NCBI GenBank assembly: GCA_951406725.2
Contig: OX597817.1
Location: 25,854,001-25,918,000 of the forward strand
Source of the DNA: Octopus vulgaris
Lineage: Eukaryota
Reading direction: 5' to 3'
Length of the DNA: 64,000 nucleotides
Shown here: in pieces, positions 52,851 through 64,000 of the stretch
Position numbering within the stretch: the stretch's first letter is position 1
Layout of the letters: the number at the start of each line of letters is the position of its first letter
Position numbers and translations under genes: made by a program
The notes under the pieces: generated by a model
Databases searched by the model: none
The model's input: only the letters and a program-made list of their open reading frames with translations
Told to the model about the DNA's origin: nothing

Positions 52851-53949
52851 CATCTTTTGTATCATATTTTAGAATATTTTTCAAATTTCCTCACACTTAT
52901 GTCAAAGTATGTCTTCTTTATATTTTATATTTTAATCTGAAGCCAATTTATTCAGCTAAAGAATGAATATATTTGATTTTCCATTCGTCTTTGTTTTTAC
53001 ATTTCAAAATTTCACTCACCTCTCTCCCAAAAAGCTTTAATTTCATACTGCCATTTAACTGTTTTTCTAGAAAATTATGCTTTATATCTAACTTTGATCT
53101 TTCCATTGTTATATATTTAAAATTGATTTTGCCCATAAAGAAATTTTGGTGATATATATAAGAGCTATTTTACAAGTTCAAGAAAATGCGGATGTTAATT
53201 CAGCAAGTTATAATTTTTGTTGTTATCATTGCTTATGTTGTTGTTTTTCTTTTACTGTGCTATCATTGTCATCATCATCATCATTCTTCTCCTCCTACTC
53301 CTCCTCATCATCATCGATAGAATGATGTCATCAGCAGCGGTAGAAAAGCGTGTCAACATGATGGTAAGAGTAAAATTAAGAACATACATGAACATTTGCA
53401 GTTATACAGCTACATATATAAACAAACATATGAATACATTTACTAATGACGTTGGCAGACTTAGTCTCACACTTATAGCTATAATGTATGACCAGGACAG
53501 AATACCTTCAGCTGGTGTTTCCACCCCTACATGACATTGTCCTCCAGTTGGTCAGCCACTAGTAATGGCTTATCACGGACCCTTTTATCATGACTTTCAG
53601 CTCAATAGCTCCTACTTATTCTAGCATCAGTGTGATGCTCCTTCTACTCGCTGCCCCAGTTTCCAGCTAATATTCATTTGCAAGGTTGATTTCTTCTTGA
53701 AGGATTGAAATCTCTATGTGTAAAGAATATATTTCTGAAGAAAATGGAAAAACTTTTCAAAAATGAAAAATTATCATTGTTTGTGAGCTCCAAACTCGGG
53801 AGGGTAAAAATTGGCAAAAAAAAAAAAATGAAAATATTGACATTTAAAAACCCAAAATGTTTTTCAGAATCATAAAAAAATTTCGGAAAATAGGTTATAA
53901 GAGTTACAGAACAAACACACACAAATACATACATGCACTTATTTTAAAT

Positions 53950-54130
53950 ATCTGTGTGTGTGTGTATACGATGAGCTTCTTTTGGTTTGTCTACCAAATC
54001 CACTCACAAAGCTTTGGTCAGCCCAAGGCTGTAGTAGAAGACATTTGCCAAAGGTGCCACATAGTGGGACTGAACCCAGAACTGTGTTGTTGGGAGGCAA
54101 GCTTCTTATCACATAGCCACACCTGTGCCT
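53950..54130 (-). mobile_element. SINE family A, 5' half
   Basis: ctaccaaatccactcacaaag...gggactgaaccc...catagccac. Confidence 0.75.
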
Positions 54131-54152
54131 ATATATATATATATATATATAT

Positions 54153-54216
<64 letters not shown>

Positions 54217-54391
54217 TTAGATAGATAGATAGATAGATAGATAGATATACACATGAATGAGCATGTCTATGTATATACATATGTTTGTGTCTGTCTGTGT
54301 GTAAATATTAATGAGGGTTTTGTTCAGTTTCTGTCTGCAAAAGCAATGAAGACAGTGAGATATGTTTACATACATATATGATATACATACA

Positions 54392-54429
<38 letters not shown>

Positions 54430-55167
54430 GAAAGAATTTGTTATTTAAAGTGTATGGTAGTAAAAGACATGACTTTAATACATTTTGTGAAGTTTTGCTA
54501 ACTTTCATGTTTCACTATGCTATTTAAAAAGATGAAAAACTCTGCAATTTTCAATTTAACAGAAACAGTGTGAAGCACTGTTAGAGCGTGATTAAAATTC
54601 CTTTAAATCCATTTTTTTTTTCTCAAATATATTTAGAACTTTAGTCTTCCTTGGTGTTCATGATATCACATTACTTTATGGGAAATGAGAGATTCTGTAT
54701 TAAACTGCAATTTGTCTGGTGCCTCTATAATTATATTTTGCATGCTAATTGTCTATCATTTACATTTATCTTATAATTCAGGCAATCCACTGGTCTTTTT
54801 AATTTGCTACATAGCCACAAGATCAGAAATTTTGGCACCAAAGAGGGTTAGTCAATTGAGTCAATCTCAGAACTTTATTTATTGATCTGGCAGGATCATA
54901 AATAAATTTGGCCTCACTGGGATCTAAAGGGGGAATGTAAAGGGCTAGAATAAATATTGCTAATATTTAGTCTAAAAACCTAAAGATTCTGCTAATCCAA
55001 CAGTAATAACGATCTTTAATGACTTATTCACATGATTACAACTTTGGATAAGATACAGTCAATTTAACTAAGCCCTTTATTTGGCTGGTACAAATTTTAT
55101 TGACTCTAGAAGATTCATAGGCAAAGCTAACATTTCTGTTATCTGAAGTTAGAATAAATACCACATA

Positions 55168-55582
55168 GGCATAGGAGTGGCTGTGTGGTAAGTAGCTTGC
55201 TTATGAACCACATGGGTCTGGGTTCAGTCCCACTGCGTGGCACCTTGGGCAAGTGTCTTCTACTATAGCCTCTGGCTAACCAAAGCCTTGTGAGTGAATT
55301 TGGTAAACGGCTTTGGTAGACGGAAACTGAAAGACACCCGTCGTATATATGTATATATGATGTGTGTGTATACGTTTGTGTGTCTGTGTTTGTCCTCCAA
55401 ACATCGCTTGACAACCGATGCTAGTGTGTTTACGTCCCCATAACTTAGCAGTTTGGAAAAAAAGACTGATAGAATAAGTACTAGGCTTACAACGAATAAC
55501 TCTTGTGGTCGATTTGCTCGACTAAAGGCGGTGCTCCAGAATGACCGCAGTCAAATGACTGAAACAAGTAAATGAGTAAATG
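55168..55582 (+). mobile_element. SINE family A, full-length
   Basis: Colinear; small internal duplication tttggtaaacgg/tttggtagacgg. Confidence 0.9.
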
Positions 55583-55737
55583 AGAGTATAGTATATTGTC
55601 AACTATTCTTTCAATGATAGTATCCATTAAGGTTTTGAAATGATAATTATAATTTCTAACATAGGATCATTGCTACACAGTTTTACATTGAATGTGAAGA
55701 TGAATGGGAATTTCAAGCAAGGTTGAAATCAAACTCA

Positions 55738-56099
55738 AAAAGTAAGGAACGTTGTGTTATGGTTAGTTACATTGGTGTGAATACACAAACTTAAAAGGAT
55801 CAGTGGAGCTCATTGAATAGGAAGTCTAGTGATGACTATGAGCTCAAATTCTTTCTTAAGACTCAAAGCATTGACAAAAAAGTATTAGTACTTATTTGAC
55901 CAATGCTAGTGAAATCATCAGAAAGTAAGGGACATTGTGTTATGGTTAGTTACATTCGTATGAATACACAAACTTAAAAGGATCAGTAGAGATCATTGAA
56001 TAGGGGGTCTAGGGAAGGCCATGAGCTCAGTTTTTTTAGACTCAAAGCATTGACAAAAAAGTACGAGTACTTAGTTGACCAATGCTAGTGAAATCATCA
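55738..56099. repeat. Two-copy ~182 bp tandem repeat
   Basis: 55738-55920 versus 55921-56099, clearly alignable with scattered substitutions. Confidence 0.9.
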
Positions 56100-56165
56100 T
56101 TTAGAATGTAAAATAGTACAATGAAATACACGATGGTATCTACTATAAAATAACTTAATTATAAT

Positions 56166-56695
56166 GACTACATCAGTAGTTACAGCCCATGTCTCACTGC
56201 CATGTAGCATAGCTATCCATACACAGGCATCAAACATTCTGCCTTTCACTCTGAGGGAGAGGCCCTTAGTTACTAATAGAGGTAGCAGCTCTCTGAACTT
56301 TGCCCAGCCCTTCCTTATTTTAGCAGTTGGAACAACCTCTACCACTGCTAACTTGGTCATCTTAGTAACAGAAACTGTCTACTACTGTTAAGGAATCTCC
56401 TGACATTTGAGGGAGCTTATTTTTTGTACATTCTTGGTATTTAATGTACCTGCACATCTGCCACATGTTAAGACTATATTTTCTCTGTTAGTCTTCCAGT
56501 GATGCTGTTGCACCTTTCATGTGTCCATAACTTGCACTGAATACACCTTATGGAGTTTCTCCTGGCACCTTTTTCACATATCAATCAGGGCCATCTCCCT
56601 AAAGAGATTTGTAATTTGTCTGTTTTCCTACTCATTAGGACTTTGGTCTTTGCTAAGTTATCTCTAAGACCCTTTGATTCCAGACCTTGCTTCTA
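56166..56695 (-). mobile_element. RTE-clade LINE relic (RT end, Cys-rich insert, thumb)
   Basis: KGLR.NLAKTKVL, CKLWTH...TCGRC, GWAKFRELLPLLVTKGLSLRVKGRMFDACV..AMLHGSETWAV. Confidence 0.8.
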
Positions 56696-56794
56696 TACCA
56701 GAAAATTTCCTATCTAATTCTGGTAGAGATTCAGCAACAAGAACAAGGTTATTTATTATGATTATTATTTTAATGTTGTTGTTGTTGCTGTTGC

Positions 56795-56825
<31 letters not shown>

Positions 56826-57539
56826 GTTGGTGGTGGTGGTGGTGGCGGCGGTGACGGTTTCAAAACTCTTCATTCTCTGCTTAGCTTATATATACAAGTG
56901 CTAAAACAACTTGAAATTAAATCTCAATGTAGATAGAGAACAGTTGAAAAAGTGCAAGAGATTTTGAAAGAGAAAGTGAGAAGCTGAAGATAATAACATA
57001 ATTCAATTTATTTCCATATACAAAAAGAAAAGCCTGAATTTGTAGAAGTAAGATTAAGTAATTTAAAGAGATATAAAATGATATCTACAAAATAAAACTT
57101 AAGGATTATACTTTGCTTTTATGAACAGATTATATTTTTGCTGGTCAAAACATTTTTAAACCTACAATCATAGTTATCTCTCAAAATGAAATCTTGTGAA
57201 CTAATTTCATGAAGCCTCTTTAGTTAAAACTTAATTAGAGAATTATATACTAATTCCATTTTCTTTGCACACTTTTGAAACATTTTGTACTTTTTAAAAC
57301 AGTTATTACTAGAATATAAATTTATAGCTATAAATTTATGAACTGCCACTGAAGTTGAGTCATGTAGTTACTCTTATGTGGTGTGGGACACTGACCTGTG
57401 ATTCACCTTGCAGAACGGATGTTTCACTTGTAAATTTTATTTTATTTTATTTCAGTGGCTTTATACCCCTCCATTCATCAATCCATTTCATAAAGGGTAC
57501 TACATGGATTCTGTATGCCATTAGCAGAATAATAGTTAT

Positions 57540-57720
57540 CATGTAAAAAGCACCCACTACACTCTGGTTGGTGTTAGGAAGGTCATCCAGCTGTAGAAAC
57601 TCTGCCAGATCAAGATTGGTGCCTGGTGTGGCCGTCTGGTTTGCCAGCCCTCAGTCAAAATCGTCCAACCCATGCTAGCATGGAAAGCGGACGTTAAACG
57701 ATGATGATGATGATGATGAT
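57540..57720 (+). mobile_element. SINE-like family D, 3' part
   Basis: gtaaaaagcacccactacac...aacccatgctagcatggaaagcggacgttaaac(GAT)n. Confidence 0.85.
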
Positions 57721-58188
57721 ATGAAAGGAAAAGTAAAGAAGCTCTCTACCTTCTATCAAAATCTCACCTCAAACCACTGCCTTCTTAGATGGCTAACCAT
57801 CAATACAGCCTGCAGGGAGCTGAACATTTAATGTTAACGTAATTTTGGCTGTAATATCACCTGCCTGTCAGCAACCGTTCCACAGAGTATACTAAGTGCA
57901 TTTTCCCTTGCTGCTGGCACTAAAGAAGTTATATATGGTGAAGAAAAGAAAAGACAACCTCCACCTTTTATCAAATCTTACTCGGAGTCCCTTTCCTCCT
58001 GGATGGATAGCCTGTGATGCAGTTTGCCAAGTCTCTATTACTATAGTCTCTCTCTCTTTCTCTCTCTCCCTCCCCCTCTCTCTCGATTTGTGAATATGTG
58101 TCAATAGATATATATATATATATATATAGGTAGATATATATGCATATATGTTATATAGCTTTTGTATAAAAGATATATAACATATATA

Positions 58189-58605
58189 GGCGTAGGAGTG
58201 GCTGTGTGGTAAGTAGCTTGCTTACCAACAACATGGTTCTGGGTTCAGTCCCACTGCATGGCACCTTGGATAAGTGTCTTCTACTATACCCTCGGGCCAA
58301 CCAAAGCCTTGTGAGTGGATTTGGTAGACGGAAACTGAAAGAAGCCCGTCGTATATATGTATATATATATATATGTATATATGTATGTGTGTGTATATGT
58401 TTGTGTGTCTGTGTTTGTCCCCCTAGATTGCTTGACAACCGATGCTAGTGTGTTTACGTCCCCGTAACTTAGCAGTTTGGCAAAAGAGACCAATAGAATA
58501 ATTACTAGGCTTTCAAAGAATAATCCCTAGGGTCGATTTGCTCATCTAAAGGTGGTGCTTCAGCATGGCCGCAGTCAAATGACTGACAACAAGTAAAAGA
58601 GTAAA
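58189..58605 (+). mobile_element. SINE family A, full-length
   Basis: Colinear with the other copies. Confidence 0.9.
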
Positions 58606-58954
58606 GAGAGATATATCTGTGATTGTGCTAGTGTGAGTGCATGCGTACGTATATAACCAGAGTTTAGGACAGTCATGCAGTCATGATGACAGCGACAATG
58701 ATGACAATGATGGCAACAGAGATGCTGACGGTGTTCTTCATTTTTGATAAAAAAAACTCTATTCTTTTATGGTGTTTGAATTCACATATTTATAACCATA
58801 AAACTTGATGCTGTTATTTTCTGTTATAATATATTGGAATTTATTTTGTCTTTCACAATTACATAAGATGCTTACAAACAGTTGTAGACATCCCACATTT
58901 ATCAAAACGTTGATCTTATTTTTGTTATACCTCCCCACTTATGGCCATTTGTTC

Positions 58955-59252
58955 TTACTCTTACTTGTTTCAGTCATTTGACTGTGGTCATGCTGGAGCA
59001 CTGCCTTTAGTTGCGCAAATCAACCCGAGGACTTATTCTTTGTAAGACTAGTACTTATTCTATCATTCTCTTTTGCTGAACCGCTAAGTTACGGGGATGT
59101 AAACACACCAGCATCAGTTGTCAAGCGATGTTGGGGGGATAAACACAGACACACAAACATATACACACACGTACATATATACATACATATATGTATATAT
59201 ATATACATATATGTATATATATATATATACATATATATAGATATATAGATAT

Positions 59253-59285
<33 letters not shown>

Positions 59286-59478
59286 TATATACATCCATAT
59301 ATATATATATACATACATATATACGACGGGCTTCTTTCATTTTCTCTCAACCAAATCCACTCACAAGGCTTTGGTCAGTCCGAGGTTATAGTAGAAGACA
59401 CTTGCCCAAGGTGCCACGCAGTGGGACTGAACCCAGAACCATGTGGTTGGTAAGCAAGCTACTTACCACAAAGCCACT
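58955..59478 (-). mobile_element. SINE family A, full-length with expanded internal (TA)n
   Basis: Reverse complement of family A; internal microsatellite about 59150-59322. Confidence 0.9.
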
Positions 59479-60304
59479 TCTAGTGCCTTAGAAAACTAGA
59501 TATCATTCTCATTAAGCTAGTTGAATACATAGAAATGCCTGTCAAAGAATGTGCATAGCAATGGACAGGAGGTGGATTCTAACTAAATTGTAAATATCTC
59601 TGATTCTATAGTACAAGAAAAGTAGAATTAAGTAAAATACTTAAAATCCTCGCCTGTGTTCATAGCATTGTTTAATTCACCATGAAATTATTTTCTTAAG
59701 TAAATACATTCAACACTTTGCATTGTCTTGCCTAATATGTATGTAATAAAAGAAAAAGTAATTTAACCTATGAATACTCTGCAACTTACTTTTTACCTGA
59801 AAAAAGGTGACGTTACACTTCTTAAATGTGAACATGACCTTCACAATTATTTCATATGATACACCCTACTATCACCGACATTTTATCCTAGTAAATTCAC
59901 ATCTTTAACATATCAAAGGCCTTATCTCAAAATATGTCACAAAATACTTCAGTTCCCCAACACACACACAAATAAAAATACTAACACTCTGGAATACACA
60001 CATTTATGCAAGGACACATCCAAAGGAAGGCTCCTTCACTAATTAGCATGAAATTAACCAGCAACACACTTTAACCACTTGCCCCTCAGACGTGATGTCT
60101 CATATCTCAGTTTTGTCTACTGTTATTAATTTGGTCTGTTCTCAGGTTATTTTTGTCTTGTACCTTCTCTAATAAGACACTGCTGGTTCTCTCATCCCAT
60201 CACCTCTCATCACCCATATTGTGTATACCACCACCTGATCCGCCCACACTGATCCCTATGCACATTCCTATGTCTACTTGAATTCCCTCACTATATACAT
60301 ACAT

Positions 60305-60735
<431 letters not shown>

Positions 60736-61109
60736 GTATTTCTATTATTAAATTTATTAAAATTATTTTTATTATCAAAATAAAATTATCAATCATATAC
60801 AAACATCTTAAGAGACAGAATAACACAAACTTTTGGGAAGGATATTTTTGTATTGCATGCAAGCACTTTTGCTGTTAAGGTTTACAGACATACATATTAT
60901 GGGGTAATCCATCACAATTGCTCTCCTTATCTTATTCTCTAACTCACTCTCATTTCTTTCCCAACTGGAGTATCCATGTATCTATTCTACAACAAGTCAA
61001 TTGTTTCTGCCTCTTTATACCTTTAATCTCTCAACTTACATGAAGCCATACATGTCACTCAATACAACTTCCCCCACCCAGTTGAGAGCTTTTTGTTTTG
61101 GTTGGTACT

Positions 61110-61400
61110 TGGTGACCCTGTTGGTGCTAGATCCAAGTAAAAAGCACTAGTGCTGGTGTCACATAAGAAGCACTGATGTTGGTACCATGTAAAAATACCC
61201 CAGTACACTCTGTAAAGTGGTTACTGGTAGGAATGGAATTCAGTCATAAAAACCATGTCAGAACAGACAATGGAGCCTGGTACAGCCCCAGCCTTGTGAG
61301 GTCCTGTCAGATCATTCAACTCATGCCAGCATGGAAGACATGTTAAATGATGGTGATAGTGATGATGATGATGACGACGATGACAACGATGATGATGATA
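61110..61400 (+). mobile_element. SINE-like family D, old copy
   Basis: Shortened tandem units (gtaaaaagcac) and catgccagcatggaagac...(GAT)n tail. Confidence 0.7.
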
Positions 61401-64000
61401 TACATACATATAATAATACACACACACACACGCACTCACACATACATCTAATATATAAATGGCAATTTCTCTGTTTGTTACCATTATAGTGCCTAAACCA
61501 GCAAACCAATATTCACGAAACTTTTTATACATGTTACGCTAACATCCAGTTCAAAAATAGGCCAACTGAATTTCAATAAAGGTCTATAATGTACTCCCAG
61601 GGGCATTGGGCAAATTATATGATAAAATGAGAAGGCTGCAAAAAGTATTAGTCTGAGGGAAAGGTAGTAACATAGAGAGGCGAAAACGACAATGGCAATG
61701 GGATGGTAACATTAACACAGTTGTCATATACATGCAACACTGCATACATGCAATGCTGCATACATACTTTCATAAATACATAGATACAACACACTCACAC
61801 CCAGAAAGGTATGAGGAATACATAGCTTTAAGGAGAGAGAGGGTAGGTAGCTTTTCTGCTGTTCATCGTAAAGAAATACTCACACACAGAAACACATATA
61901 TACATAGTTACACACATATGTCTACTATACACTATTTTAAACTCGTGATTACCTGTGTGCATGCTTGTAAATGTGTGTGTGTGTGTGTGTGTGACATCCT
62001 ATAACTCTTTGTCTCTACTTTTGTAGGGTCTTCCCTGTTGCTGTCACATATTGTGAGATTTTAAAATCATAGATGATTGATTATTTTGCAGGTCCTTCAA
62101 CATTGATGATCAGAGAGAAGAAGGAACACTGTAAGCTGTTGTATATCAATGCATCAATTGCTCTATCTTTGGGTAAAAAACATGGTCTGAATGTTCACAT
62201 CAAGGGCCTGGCAGTGTACAAAAATTTGTAAGAGAAATAAATGAAATTACTATACATTTTCTTGGTTAATATAAAATATATAGGTCTGTTTCGTTTTTTT
62301 TCCGCCAAGTTCTAAAATGCAATATACTATTATAAGGATCTCTGCAGCAAAATAAACTTTAGTTGCTATTTAGCTCCAGGACAAACTTGACTGAGGAGAC
62401 TTGAGATTAAAGTAATAACTATCCCATTTTTATTTCAGTGTATCTGGAACTACATTTTATCCATTCTTTGTTTGTGGTGGTGTGGTTTGATTTGAGGGAA
62501 ATTTGGGTGTATTTTTTTTTCTTTTTTGGAGTAAGTACTCAAGTTGAAGTCCCTTTATTGGTTAATGTAGATTCAAGGGGAAAGATTTTGAGCTATACAT
62601 TCTTACTGAAGAGAGTACACAATGAAATTGTTATGAAAAATATTTATCTGTAATTGTCACTGCTGCATTTGAAATATTAGACATGAGATAGTCATAGATT
62701 AAAATTTGGCAAAATTAGAGGAACAGAGATAGCATTTTTCCATATGTGAAGGGAATTAGCCATTTAATAAGAGGTGTTGAGAAATATGGAAAATTTAAAA
62801 TCCAATTATGGAGTACATGGTGTACACTCAGGCCAGTTCATAGTTGTTTGAACTTTAATAACAAAAGGATGTTGGTACGCATAATAATTGCATGTATGAA
62901 GTAATGTAGAGAGAGAGAGAGAGAGAGAGTACTAAAAAATGAGTAATGCTTTTATATGGGAAATGAAACTGAAGATAAAGTAGGTGAATGTAGAAACCTT
63001 TTTATTAAGTAGAACTTCATACTGGGCAATGTAGGTTGAGCAACGAAAGACAGATTTTTTTTGTGATAACGAAATCAACTATGTTCTATATATTATACCA
63101 AATTTTGAAATCAAGTAAATATATATAAATCAAGTAACTATATATATATATATATATAAACAAGTATTTTGTTTTGTTGTTTTTTTTTCCATTGTGTGTG
63201 TGTGTGTGTATTTGTATTTTGCTGGGTTTTATTTTCTTCAAAATGTAAATTAGTATTATTAACATCTAAACAGTGAAAGAATTATTTGTCATCACTGAAC
63301 ACATTGCTTTATGACACGGAATAAATAAATAAGTAAAGATGGAAAAAATAAAATAAAAATCATTTGTTATGAAAATATTTTGCTAGACTAATCTATATAG
63401 ATATTTTTTCAATAAGGAATTTAACTGATGCTATTCCACTAGGATTTGTTTTCTATCAGAAACTAAAAATGTAATTTCTGGAATTTGAAAGCGGGAATTT
63501 GATGAAATAATTAATCCATTATGAGTGCAATTTCAAAGATGTACTAAACTCTAATAAATCAGCAACATAGAGAATAAATTGCGGGAGAATTACCAATTTT
63601 TGCCTGTTTGAGGTTCTTTTTTTTTATTATTAATATTGTTATTTTCTGTCAGTCTGAAGCAGTCACAGGGAGGAGAAGAAAGAAAGAACATATTTTATAA
63701 CAGCTAACTAGTCAAAGTTTCCAAAAAGTTTGTCAATACAATTTCTGTATAATGATTTCAGGTTGAATGCCTTATATTCCATTCTTAACAGTGCAGCGAT
63801 GGAAAGGCTATTGATATAAATTTCTAATCTGTCTTATTGTCATATGTTTTGCTATTTGATAGGCACATTTCATTTTCTTTTTTTATTTTGTTTTTAAAGT
63901 TGTTTTTTTTTCTTGGTTTTTATCATTGGTTTCTTTTATATATACTTGGTCAGATTTAGCTGTTATCATTTATAAGAATACTATAGGGAAATACTCTTGA

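Overview
AT-rich, microsatellite-saturated eukaryotic (animal) DNA. The repeat families look like those of an octopus/coleoid cephalopod (inference from pattern recognition, not a database search). No intact host protein-coding gene can be supported: almost all listed ORFs are translations of (TA)n/(CA)n/(GATA)n/(AAT)n microsatellites or SINE sequence. The window is an intronic or intergenic mosaic of at least four SINE-like families (nested, self-nested and tail-swapped copies), a Naiad-type Penelope-like element (PLE) with a GIY-YIG endonuclease, R4/Dong-like and RTE LINE relics, mariner/Tc1, pogo-, piggyBac- and Mutator-like MITEs, Helitron and Helentron-type elements, and a tRNA-Ala pseudogene. 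The most notable signal is a cluster of about nine minimal type I hammerhead-ribozyme motifs (CUGANGA...GAAA...UH with a very short, often palindromic stem III) between 4.6 and 16.2 kb. They sit in short PLE pLTR-like islands embedded in (TA)n arrays, and include inverted pairs and a family with a shared non-canonical core. A weak chain of promoter and micro-exon signals on the + strand may mark a host transcript but is unproven.
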